A DNA stretch of 64,000 nucleotides from Dicyema japonicum. Its lineage: Eukaryota; Animalia; Dicyemida. Position numbers and translations under genes: made by a program. The stretch is from the NCBI GenBank assembly GCA_011109175.1, contig RDEW01000018.1, positions 741,304 through 805,303 of the forward strand, given 5' to 3'. Shown piece by piece: positions 10,727 through 22,912 of the stretch (positions are counted from its first letter, which is position 1; the number at the start of each line of letters is the position of its first letter). Under the pieces are notes generated by a model that saw only the letters and a program-made list of their open reading frames with translations, was not told the origin of the DNA and searched no databases.

Positions 10727-12948
10727 TTAGTGTAATCCGAAAAGAGTTATTGTTAGTAAACTGAATAAAGAAGTAGCAGCTGCATTAGAGTTGGTAGATT
10801 CGGTGGATCTGTTAGATGCAATGTCATCAGAACTCATGATCGTTGCCTCTTTTGTTGTCATACTGGTAGTCGAGGTGGTTTCTTAAATAACACCATTTTA
10901 AACTTTCTTCAGTATTCGAAAGAGTTTCAGGTTCGGAGCCCTCACATTTCACCAAAAACTTCCAATTGCACGTGCTCGTTTTGACATCAAAGAGTAGACC
11001 ATTTGCACAACTTTGAACGTTTCCTGTACTTCCAATTTGTGCACAATTCATGAATTTCGTACAGCCATCGAGTGGAAAATAGCCGATACTTTTGCAAATA
11101 TTACCTAAATTATATTCTTCTATAACTTGCATCAGTCACTGCTCCTCCAAAGTTGGGAGATACACTGAATTTGGTAGATGTGTTATCATCATAACTCACT
11201 GTCGTTGCCTCTTTTGTTGTCGTATTAGTAGTCGAGGTAGTGGTTTCTTAAATGACACCATTTTTAACTTTGTTCGTATTTGAGTTCGTTTCAGGTTCTG
11301 ACCCTCACATTTCACCAAGGATTTCCAATTGCACGTGCTCGTTTTGACATCAAAGAGTAGACCATTTCCACAACTTTGAACGCTTCCCGTACTTCCAATT
11401 TTTGGACAATTCATGAATTTCATACAGCCATCGAGTGGAAAATAGCCTATAGTTTTGCAGATGTTATCTAAATTATATTTTTTCTATAACTTTTATCAGT
11501 CACTGCTCCACCAAAGTTGGGAGATATGGTTGATTTGGTCATTGTGGTGCCGTCAGAAGTTGATCCAGTATCCATATTTGTTTTCCAATCCTTGATTTAG
11601 ACGAAACATTACAATTCCAGGATAAATGTTGAGTTCCTTGTGGATTGCCCCAATCAGAGGACTTTTTCCATTGTGACACTCTTTTCCGGTAAAATCGTCG
11701 AAATCTAATGTCCACACAAAGATTCCAGCTAATCCGTTGTCTTTTACATAATTTGCCTGAAATGTGAAATTTGAGCAACTTTTTCGTTAATGCTTTCGAT
11801 GGTCTCGTATCCTAGCCAATAATAATCTTTTACTCCATGTGCCGCCTTTTGGGTGTCGTCCCAAACATTTTTGTATCCTTCATTACAATACTAAATTTAA
11901 TTAAATTATAAAACTTCGAGATATGATAAAATCCCACTGTTGTACAGAATATGCCCCATTGGAGTTCCACCAACTTTTACATCTCCAACACGTGGATTCT
12001 TTGTCATTGTTTTAAATCCTTGAGCATACGTAGGGATCCCGATAAGGATCTTGGACAGTGGTGTTCCTTGATTATGCCAATATCTCACAGCAAAGTCCTA
12101 AACTAAAGGTTTTAGATACTGTGCAGAATTGGTCATTCTCATTCAAGCAGTATAATCCAGTTTGGTGACCAACCACACGTGAAAATTGACCATAAAAATC
12201 ATAAGTCATGATGTTAATGTAATCAAGGTATCTATTTCGGCTCAGTAAGCACAGTTACTTGGAAACACTTGGAATGTCGTAGGAGACTGAAGCTTTTCCC
12301 ATTCCAGCAGAAACTGCGGCTGTCAGCAAATATGTTTCTGAACTATCCCGTTTGAATTCTTCACTCAAAGCCTAATATTATTTCCATTTATTACTTTCAT
12401 CATTCGAGTATATTTTTCCTTATCATTTGGGTATTCCCAGTCAACGTCAAATCCATCAAAATTATATTTTTTGAGATAATTCTTTGTATTTTTAGCGAAT
12501 AATTTGCTGTTCTTTTCATTACTTGAGACTAAATTGAATTCACTAAAAAGTCTTTCCCATCCCCCTACTGACAAGAGGACTTTTAAATTTGGATTGATGT
12601 TCTTTAGTGAAGTGACTTTTTTATAGTTGTCAAGTCCGTCTATTTATAATTCATTCATCATGCCTGGCAAATCAGACCAGGGATCAGTCGGGGTGGGAGT
12701 CAAAGTCTGGGCGTCAATATTGGCAAAGGCATAGATTATATGTGTACAGAGGTATGGATACATGTACTTGGCATCGTACTTGGCATTCCCTTTTTTGTAA
12801 ACCGCCCAATTTGTGTAGTAGCATGTTAATATTTTCTCTAGAATTCAATATAATGGATACCATTTTGGATTATGTTAAAGAGTAAAATCTAAAATTAGAC
12901 TGTTAACCAACAAATTACAGTTAATAAGTTAAAAAGAGAGAAAGACAT
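10727..12948 (-). CDS. GH18 chitinase: signal peptide, catalytic domain, two CBM14 domains, Ser/Thr stalks, hydrophobic GPI-like tail
   Basis: Spliced reading: CYYTNWA, LCTHIIYAFA, LSVGGW, intact FDGFDVDWEYP, IMTYDF, GIFVWTLDFDDF, two six-Cys CBM14 repeats, end SNAAATSLFSLLTITLFGLH*. More than 10 tiny introns. Apparent small deletions near 11270-11300. Confidence 0.9.
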
Positions 12949-13679
12949 TTTGACTAAATTTTAAAAGTAAAAATTTTATTGAAATATGATTAGCCAGTTT
13001 AAAAACTAATTTTTGTTAATATATTAATTGAAACTAAAAATTTAATTTTTAACAATAAATTTACTTTTTAATATTTTTTATAATCTAAAATTTATTGCTT
13101 TTCCTTGCTCCACTTGACGGTTCATCTTTGATTGTGAGAACTAGGATCATCAGTTAGTTGAAGACATTTGCCCTTCTTAACACGGTGATTCTTTGATAAT
13201 AAAGAAGTAGTTAAATAAATTCTAATTTAAAATAATAACCACTTTCTTAGAAGATCGATAATCGTATGAAAAATGAGAACCCACTATATGGATGCTTTGA
13301 ATCAACTAAGAATAATGATATTCAGTTATTATTATATCACATAAACTTAAATGGAAAAATTAGTTTATGATAAGCAACTTGCTAACCATTATTTTCTCAT
13401 AAAATAAGAATAGTATAGTGTTTTATTTTAACATTTTATACAGTCGATCTATGTTGATACTTCTGGCGTTATTTGCCATAGCACGTGATAGTTTATCAGG
13501 CTAATCGTGCAACTTGCAGGACTGAGGAGAAAGAGCCTAGAATGACACAATAACTCTTCAGAACATTGGGTTCCTGAGGTAACGCCCATAGTGTGTTCAA
13601 TGCCTGCAGGCCCTAGTGGGTCCCCGATCATAAAAATTTGAATTTATTTTCAAAAGATTTTTTTGATAAAATTAACTGT

Positions 13680-13825
13680 GTAAAACGCTTTCGTAAAAGA
13701 CCAAGAACAACCCTCCCGGTCGTTTTACAAAGCGATCTGAAAGGCATAAAAAAACATCGGCATCTGCTGACAACCTGGACAAACTGAGAAATCTGACTAA
13801 GAACAGAAATGTCTGGAACAAGGTA
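13680..13825 (+). mobile_element. RTE-like LINE 3' remnant
   Basis: KRFRKRPRTTLPVVLQSDLK matches the RTE C-terminus of the other copies. Confidence 0.6.
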
Positions 13826-14809
13826 ACTCTTTTTCTTATATTTTTAATGAAATTAACTTTGTTTTCAGTGGTTATTAATATACTCGATTAAACAAATTAT
13901 CATGATAACATTATTTTGATGAATTTACCAATTATTCATTTATATCATTTGTTAGTTATCCTTAATTAATTATGATTTCCTGAAAAAAAATTTACTTTAA
14001 TTTCTCTGAAAATTACAGGGAACATTCGAGTACTGATTGTTCCTTCATGTATTCCCTTGTTCCTCCATGCAGATTTGAACCCTGACATTGCCGCATCAGA
14101 TGTTTTCGTGTTCGATATCTTCTGAGTCCATAAAAAAGGGGGACAAAAGTTGTATCCACAATGAGATGAAGACGTGCAGAAAGTGCGTCGGATCTCAAGA
14201 CGAACTCCGAACAAAAGTGAGATGGCTGCTTAAGGAGGTCGGGATCACAAGGCGGCCATGTTTCCCTCCTAATTTGTCAGTGATAATAAAAAAGCAATCA
14301 AAAACAACAACTTTACAACCACCAACTTCCATGCGGCTGTGATGTGCAAAATCTTGAATTATTTATTCCAAAAAAATATTATCGTTTCCTGTATTGAAAA
14401 GCTCGAAAGATCAAATTGTTAGAAAAATAATTTGCTTCCACAACTCATTGTTAACGCAACAAAAACTGACAAATTACTATGCTTTACAGTAACTAAGAGT
14501 CCGAGTTGCTGCGCCGTAAACCAAAGATACCAAAATGCAACTACAATCCTTGACATTGATCTTTCTGGGGATTTTGATACAAACCATCGAGGTCTCCAAC
14601 TAAATGCAGTGGAGGGATTTCTCGACTAAGAATGATAAGAATCTGCAAGGTAGTACGGTTTTAAATGTGTTAATAAGGTGAGCAAATTTCTGGAATGAGA
14701 TATCCCATACTTGTAGACAAAATTAGGTAGATAGTTCTTAAAACTTCAATATGTTTCAACACGAAGTCGTGGTGGAACATTGTCTACAGAAATGTTTCCG
14801 TCTTGTAAC

Positions 14810-15189
14810 AAAAGTAACTTACGAAACCAATAAAAAGACTTCTTTGACTGTTTATTTTGTGAACACCACGTGTGCTTATTTTGGAATATTTCAGATTTAA
14901 TGGCTCTAAACACTGTCGAGTTTGCAAGACCTGTATTGTAGGGTTCGATCACCACTGCAGATGGCTGGCCACGTGCGTTGGCGTCAGGATTTATCGGTAT
15001 ATGATTTTGTGAGTTATGTGAGGTCATATATTGTGTTTTTGACTTGTTTGTCGTTTGGGGGATTTTTCAGTCATCACTGTTGTTGATGGAATTGACAGTA
15101 GTCTTCCAAAATCGTGGTAATTCCAACATTTTGGGTATAAAATGTATTAATGAGAGTCAAAAATGATAATCTGACAACCAACCTAACAA
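14810..15189 (+). pseudogene. Partial duplicate of the zDHHC gene (central exons with introns)
   Basis: High identity to about 6765-7145, including the DHHC exon and its introns; both ends replaced by unrelated sequence. Confidence 0.88.
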
Positions 15190-16565
15190 TCAGGGTTTTC
15201 TCCTTTTCATCTAGCGGTTCCTCACCCTTTTTATAAAGGGCCAGCTTGATTGCCATCCTCCTCGTTATGTTCAAAAAATTGATTATTCTTTCTTTTTTGG
15301 GCGAAAAATACAATCCTTCACATCCGTAGATGGAAAATTCTTTCAAAAATAAAGATAAACGTCTTTTTCTTCAAATCGAGTTTTCGTAGACACAGAAGTG
15401 CTTGTATGCCTTTTTCCTCATTTTGGCACCTTTTTCATAATTTCCTCTACACCCATAACAGACACATAAATAACGCAAATGATCAACATTGCTGATACCA
15501 TCAGTGTGTACTCCTGTCGAAAAAACTTTATATTGTGTGAAATTCTCATAGCTTTTGACTTTTCCATTGAGAGACTTAAGCCACGGGATTTACACTAACA
15601 GATAATTTCTTCAAAAAATCCACGTCATCTTCCTCCCTGGGAGCCGGAAAATCTTTAATAAATATATTAAATAGCAGAGGACTCAAGACTGATCTTTGTG
15701 GAACTCCCCTCTTCATAACAATCTCTTCAGAAGTAAATTTTCCACATCTCACAAATTATCTTCTCCCTGATTTGTGTCCCTGAAGAAGATTTTTTAACCA
15801 AACAAGTAAAAGTTTTGGGATTCCAGTTGCGACTTGCTTACAAAACAGTGCGTCATGCCTAACACTATCGAAGGCTTTCGATATTTCCAAGCAGACGACA
15901 CTCAGTTGATATTTGAAGTTCCTGGCCTTCTCAATCTCAGAGTTAAAGATGAAAAAACAATCTCCACATGGTCTCCCTGGATGAAGGCTCCATTGTTCAT
16001 TGCTGAGAAAATTCCGTGATTCAATATGGCGTGTAATTCTTTTTATAAATCAGCATGACGTTATACGCGCCCTTGTTCGGAGGACCACGAGGAACATGGA
16101 CTTTTCCGTTTCTACACTCTACCAACAAACAATCGCGCCTGCCATTGAGTATGCCTCCGTTGCATGGAGATTCGGGCTATCGGAGTCTTTGGTCCAAAGA
16201 ATCAACTCGATATACCGGAAAACAATCAGTATGCTTTCCCCACGTAATGGATCAACAGTCGACCCACTACTCATAAAAGCTAAGATCCGTAGTCGTGGCT
16301 CCGGATTTCTTCGCGTCTGTGAGGAAGATGGAAATCCGCTTCGCCTGATCCTTCCCATGGCAAGAGAAAATTCCCCTCCCCGATCGGATTCCTCTGCAAG
16401 ACCGAGAGAAGGCTTTTCCGGAAAGTAGTGGGGACGATGGAAGATCATAGACGTCGAATGGCACAAGTGATTGCGAGGACTGGGATCACCTAACTGTCTG
16501 ACTCTTTTGTCTTTCTTTCTCGGTGTTCCCGGGGATATTAAAATAAATAAAAAAATAAATAAATC
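15190..16565 (+). mobile_element. Degenerate Jockey/CR1-like LINE, RT C-terminal half with 3' hairpin and A-rich tail
   Basis: YFQADDTQL and LYQQTIAPAIEYASVAW motifs; 3' stem-loop at 16482-16534 followed by an (AAAT)n tail. Confidence 0.75.
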
Positions 16566-16569
16566 AGCC

Positions 16570-18201
16570 TCTCCATGATTGTTGAAATTGAGTTTATCAG
16601 ACAAATATTATCTTGGTTTTTGGATCATCCAAATAATGCAATCCTTCTCGAGCTTTAGGTACATATAGTATATTGAGACTTGCTCGGTCCACTTTTTCCG
16701 AAGTTGATTTCGTTCTGAAATTTCCTGTTTGATATGGGTAGGGACAGCAGCTTCAGGATCTCGCGACGGTATATGACTCAACCTGATCTTCACGCATATA
16801 GACATCTCAGATATTCATAGAGTACCTGAGGTGATTCCTTGAATAAACGAATAGCGATTTTGTTTTTTCCAGGAGCATTGTCTTTAATACATTTTACTGC
16901 ATTTTCAACTTCTCCAACATTTATAGGGCTGTGACGTCGAGGTAAAAAACTAATTACTTTTTCCAGCTTTTCTTTTAGAGAACTGAGGGTTTAAACGAGA
17001 CAGTTGCTCATCAGGGTTAACCTGATGTATTTTCAAAAGTTCGTCCTCAAACAGGTTAGGAATTTCTTCTAAAGATACAGGAGACCCATCATGACATTGC
17101 AACAATGGGATTTCTTTTCTGGATTTACGTCCGGTTACTTTATTATAGACTTTCCAAAAGTTTGGGTTTTTTCGATACAATTCGCTGCACTGAGATATCC
17201 AAAAATTATTCTTATTCACTTTCTAATCTGCGCATTTCTTGTAGGATCATAATTTCTAGCTCCATGAGTCTACGGTCATTCTACGATAGTCTTTCAAAAA
17301 GACTATAACATTTTTTGTGTCAAAAGAGAATTCTTGTTAACCAAATAGACTTTAGTAGTATATGTTTCGAGGTACGATTTATAAAACAAATAGAGAGTCA
17401 CTAGAACTCTCAAGATCCAATTTGGGAGACTCCGGATTACAAAAATTCCCAAAACGTTCCAAATGTATAACAATGCTTTTTCGGTAACGGTCCCAGTTTA
17501 TACTTATCAGATCATAGCATACTAGAGGAGACTTAATTTCGTCCTCTAAAGGAGTTAGGTTGAGTTTATAAAAGACTGATAGATGATCACTACCAATATC
17601 ACCAAATGTAATCGGTCGTTCCAAAAATTGATGAACAGATTATGACTTAAAGCCATCCCCAAATAATCCAAGCCACTCGGAGAATAGTCATTCGGGGTCG
17701 AGGACTTCACAACGGTAAATCCAGAAGACACAGACATATCCTCCAAAATAAAACCGTCTCTGTTCGTACCCAACAACCAAACGTGGTATCTTTCGAGTTT
17801 AAGTCTTCCAAAAGGATCATGAACGGTGTAGTTTCGTCATGAAAAAAAAGATACGAAAATATTTTTTTTAGAATACATTCCTCCAATTTTCATCCACATA
17901 TTTTCCAATCGTACTTCCAGGGAAACAAACTCAACAATTCTTGGGATCTGATCTTCAGATTACGAACCTTTAGATTTAGTCTGTAGAACAAAGATGTATC
18001 CGTTCCCGTAACCGAACCAAACTTCCATTTAAAATCAAGAGAACAATATCCCTCATTTTGAAAATTATTCTCACTCTTTAACTTGGTTTCATTAAAAATT
18101 AATATATCAACGGGATTGGTGGATAGGATATGCACAATCTCAGAACTCCTTCTCTTTAAGGATCGGGCGTTCACCGCAATGATAGTAAGAACAGACTTCA
18201 T
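16570..18201 (-). mobile_element. Degenerate APE-type LINE (endonuclease to start of RT)
   Basis: IIAVNARSL...DILIFNETKL, GSDHL, FWKVYNKV and NAPGKN motifs in successive minus-strand ORFs. Confidence 0.8.
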
Positions 18202-18459
18202 ACTTGTAGAACCTCTGCCTCTCCAAAAAAGAGGGCCAACAGGTTCCTGACGTCAAGTCCTTTTCGGCACAAATATGAACCTGTTTGTCATTAGCGTTTA
18301 TTAATTCCAAGTCTGCAACTGGGCCTTCCGTCAGATTAGGAGTACCGACAGTATTCCATTTGTTCATGTAATTTGTAACAATGTTTATATTGTCAGAAGT
18401 TTGGTTGTTTTCATGGTCGACATTTTCGAGTCTATTTGGGTTGAAAATCATATTTATTG

Positions 18460-19285
18460 AATGTGTATATTTTCCCCAAACACTTTCAACAGTCTCAGCT
18501 TAAACCCACTTAACGGGTCGAAGCACCTTCTTAGTCATTGGATTTGAGTAATTCTGTAAACCTCACACAATTTTCTGATATGACAGTTCTTGAACTCTGT
18601 GCCGTTGTCTATAACTGACAACAACCAAGAAAAATGATCATTTTGACTTTCAAATCTACACAAATAACCTAATGATCGTCAAATTATTTCAGTGGCACTG
18701 CGAACTGGCAAACATTGCAGTCATTTACCACTTGACGAATAATTTATTTTTTAATTTCGCAAAATCTCCTCCGACAAAGCGCATCCAAAGCATTATGTCC
18801 ACAATGATTTGTCTGGTGATTTTCTTGAGTAATATTTCTCATTTCTTCTGTGCTTGTTGATGTTATCACAAGCTTGTGTCGTCCGTCAACAGCTTTGAGA
18901 TAAAGCTTTCTGTCAATAATTATAAAATTTTCAGCTTTCTTTGTTAAGCGGTACTTCTTAAGTTTCGAAATATTTACGTCTTGATTTTCAATGATTGATT
19001 GTAGAAGTTTGTGCTCGTCATTATCTTTGATAAAAATCCTGCTATGGGCCATTAGGTTAACGTAACAAGTTTTTCTAGCATGGATTATTATTTTATATTC
19101 AATATATAAGTTATGTAGACGAAAATTGGCGTAAATTTTTCATAAAAATTATTAATAATTATTAAAAAATAATTATCTATAAAAAAGAAAAGGTACTTGT
19201 ATTGATTAAGTTTTAGTGACAGTTATGATATCGGATGAAAACTGTATGACAGCCCTTGGCGCGGTAGCAGCTTCGGCGCGCGACA
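18460..19285 (-). mobile_element. Ginger2/KRBA2-like integrase transposon fragment
   Basis: HQTNHCG...CNVC zinc-binding motif and DNGTEFKN core; GC-rich TGT-starting terminus ending at 19285; other end lost. Confidence 0.65.
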
Positions 19286-19661
19286 TATTATCCAATTCAT
19301 AATTTAAAAATGCTATGTTTTTTAATTAATTGAGATTTACCATTTAATCGTAAACTTTATACATTATAAGTACATAAAACAAAGATTTTGTACATTAAAG
19401 TACAAAGATTTTGATATATTCAGACTTGAGGGCGTAGCGGATTCTTTATTATTGTGATCAGTACTAATTTTCACTTCAAGCATTTTACTATTGTTGTAAT
19501 TGTTGTAACCAAGATATTGTTCGACAGTGGGGAGGATCCTATCTTTAATTCCACAGTTTGAGGTGGTGATCAGTTCCTCGAATACGTTAGAGTAGAGAGT
19601 TTTAAAGAAGTCAGATATCTGTCAATAAAATAGTTAGTGTTAAAGGTTATTTTTTAAATTG

Positions 19662-20812
19662 TTAGTGTAATCCGAAAAGAGCTATTAGAAAACTGAATAA
19701 AAAAGTCACAGCTGCACTAGACTTGTGAGATGCGGTGGATCTGTTCGATGTAATGTCATCAGAACTCATGGTCGCTGCCTCTTCTGTTGTCATACTGGTA
19801 GTCGAAGTAGTGGTTTCTTAAATGACATCATTTTAAACTTTTTTCAGTATTCGAATAGGTTGCAGGTTCGGAGCCTTCAAATTTCACCAAGGACTTCCAT
19901 TTGCACGTGCTCGTTTTGGCATCGAAGAGTTGACCATTTGCACAACTTTGAACGTTTTTTGTACTTCCAATTTGTGCACACAATTCATGAATTTCGTAAA
20001 GCCATCGAGCGGATAATAACCGATACTTTTGCAGATGTTACCTAAATTATATTCTTCTATAACTTGTATTAGTTACTGCTCCACCATAGTTGAGAGATAC
20101 ACTGGATTTGGTCGATTTTTTCCAATCCTTGATTTATACTAAAAATTACAATTCCAGGATAAATATTGATTTCCTTGTGGATTGCCCCAATCAGAGGACT
20201 TTTTCCATTGTGACACTCTTTTCCGGTAAAATCGTCGAAATCTAATGTCCACACAAAGATTCCAGCTAATCCATTGTCCTTTACATAATTTGCCTGAAAT
20301 GTGAAATTTGAGCAACTTTTTCGTTAATGCTTCTGATGGTCTCGTATCCTAGCCAATAATAATCTTTTACTCCATGTGCCGCCTTTTGGGTGTCGTCCCA
20401 AACATTTTTATATCCTTCATTACAATACTAAATTTAATTAAATTATAAAACTTCGACATATGATAAAATCCCACTGTTGTACAGAATATGCCCCATTGGA
20501 GTTCCCCAACTTTTACATCTCCAACACGTGGATTCTTTGTCATTGTTTTAAATCCTTGAGAATACGTAGGGATCCCGATAAGGATCTTGGACAGTGGAGT
20601 TCCTTGACTATGCCAATATCTCACAGCAAAGTCCTAAACTAAAGATTTAGATTCTGTGCAGAATTGGTCTTTCTCATTCAAGCAGTATAATCCACTATGA
20701 TGACCAACCACATGTGAAAATTGACCATAAAAATAAAATGACGTTAATGTAATCAAGGTATCTATTTCGGCTCAATAATCACAGTTACTTGAAAACACTT
20801 GGAATGTCGTAG
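19662..20812 (-). pseudogene. Truncated chitinase paralog (3' half, single CBM14)
   Basis: Colinear with 10727-12282, same introns. Breaks at 20812 into a LINE and lacks the signal peptide and DxxDxDxE exon; contains indels. Confidence 0.88.
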
Positions 20813-21330
20813 CATCCCTTTCCACAGATGTAAAATGATCTTGGGTGTGACAATTGATATGCATCTCTGTTTAACACCTCACGTAGAAAACATTATATTG
20901 AAATGCGAGAAGAAACTGAAGGTATTGAAAAGTTTATCGGGAATATGGAAAAGTGGTACTCACCCAGTCTTGATGAACTTATACAAACAATACATTGAGC
21001 CATGTTTCTCATATGCATTCGCCTCGTGGGGACCGTCCATATCCTGGACAAATATGAGAAAAATTGAGGAAATGCAAAAAAGGGTTTACAGAGTAACGGA
21101 GAATTGGATTTGTGAAGATCACCGAACCGGACCTACGCTTCTGGATGCCCTTATGAGACTTGATTCCAGATCACCGGAAGATGGCCTTGAAAATTCAGGC
21201 AGCCGTCCTGTACGTTCATACGCGGACACGAAGGAAGAACACCGGCAAAGATGAGGTCTCTGTTAGAATGCATTGGGATCACGTGATAATTAGTTTGGTT
21301 TTACTGTGGTCATGGGTTAAATAAAATAGT
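20813..21330 (+). mobile_element. LINE 3' fragment (Jockey/CR1-like)
   Basis: ILGVTIDMHL...LYKQYIEPCFSYAFASW; its 3' end is shared with 49620-49860 (inverted). Confidence 0.8.
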
Positions 21331-21503
21331 TAGGATTGTACAACCGGTTCACGTTCACCCACCTTACATGTACTTGTTTCTCAACATTTAACGAAAAGTA
21401 AGTTACTGGCTCAAGTTCAATTAACTCAATATATTACGTAAAATGACAAATCCCATTAGGCCTGTTTTGTGACCTGCTCTTTCATTTCTTTTGTAACTGC
21501 GTA

Positions 21504-22616
21504 CAGTGAAGTCCCTCTAATTGGCCAGCCCTTAAAGTCATGGCTAAAAATTCAAAAATGTGTTCAAAAAAGCCAATTTTCCTAAGAAATTGGTAACACT
21601 ATTAAAATACATAAAATTTATTTTTACTAACCTTTTTCTCAATTATTTTATTAAAAAATTTCTAACTAAAATTTTTACTATGTGTTCGAAAGTTTCTCGT
21701 TGCAACTATACAAGGCTTAATATTTCAAATAAATAAAATAATCAGTTAATTTATCCCCAGTAAAGCATATTTAAAACTGCCATCCATCCAAAGTGGACCC
21801 ACTATCGACGTTGCGTTGCCTCTCACGATTGCAACAGAGATCAACTGGAGTAGCCACCGGGTCTCACGTGCGTAATTGTTTCCAAAAACTATAAATTTTG
21901 AGATATAAGAGAATAATGCTACATCATGCCTAACAATCGCTCACAGATTTTCTGATTTATATATTATTCGAATTTCACAAAAAACATTGAATATTATTCT
22001 TAATTCCCGAGAGTCCATATTAAAACATTTTTAATGATTGGTTAATAACAATTTTGTTATTAATGGACAATTGTCCTGCTCATTGTATAAATTCCAAATT
22101 GAAGATCATTCAAATATTATTTTTTCCTAAAAATAGTACAGGCTTCATACAACCTATTGCGATCATTAAAACATTCAAAGTTCATTTTATTAGACATGAA
22201 TTGCTTTATTTAACACAACTAACATTTCAGTTTATGAATCTTATAAAAAAGATGAATTTGACAGACATGGTTTTTCTTACGGATGGCATAAGAAGATGTA
22301 AATTGCATAAAAAAATCTAGATGATTCCAAATGATTGAGAAAATAATATTATTGAAATTTTTAGGAAAACTGCCATTTTGGTCCTTCTGGACAGAAATAT
22401 TCCTTGACATTCAATACTATGAAAATAAAGCGATAATTAATGAATACGACGAAATGGTGTTATCGGAGACTTTTGAAAAGGAAAAAACCATTAAGACGAA
22501 ATGGTGAATTCTGAAAAAGAAGACAAAATAATTGTTGGAGGTAATTTTTTTCAAATTCCCAAATTGGCCACAAATAGTTCAGGAACAATTTTGTGTCAAT
22601 TGAAGGGACCTTACTG
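21504..22616 (+). mobile_element. Tigger/pogo element, internally deleted
   Basis: TA-flanked TIRs CAGTGAAGTCCCTCTAATTG / CAATTGAAGGGACCTTACTG; LLMDNCPAH...FFPKNSTGFIQP motif; carries an inverted CRE fragment at 21742-21873. Confidence 0.85.
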
Positions 22617-22912
22617 TATTAAACTCGTGACTATGAAGTTACTAATATACAAGATATTTAAATCTCAATGTTCTGTAAGAGTACAGTAGGTTGTATAGCA
22701 ACGTGGTTTAAAATACTCTAATATCCTTCCCGATGTTATACGATTTATATTTTACGGAGACAAGCATAAATGTTGTCATAGATGTGATGGAGTACCAACA
22801 TAGACTCTCGTAAAGCAAACCACCGACGCTAAGGTGCGAGTTTGTTTATCTTTCTGTAGACTAATTATCAATAATTAATATAACAAATTAAACAACATGA
22901 AAAGGGGAATAA

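Noticed and set aside
13449-13640. GC-richer island with a HWVPEV peptide reminiscent of Rho GTPases
   Set aside because: Stop codon in frame, no usable splice sites and no other GTPase motifs.
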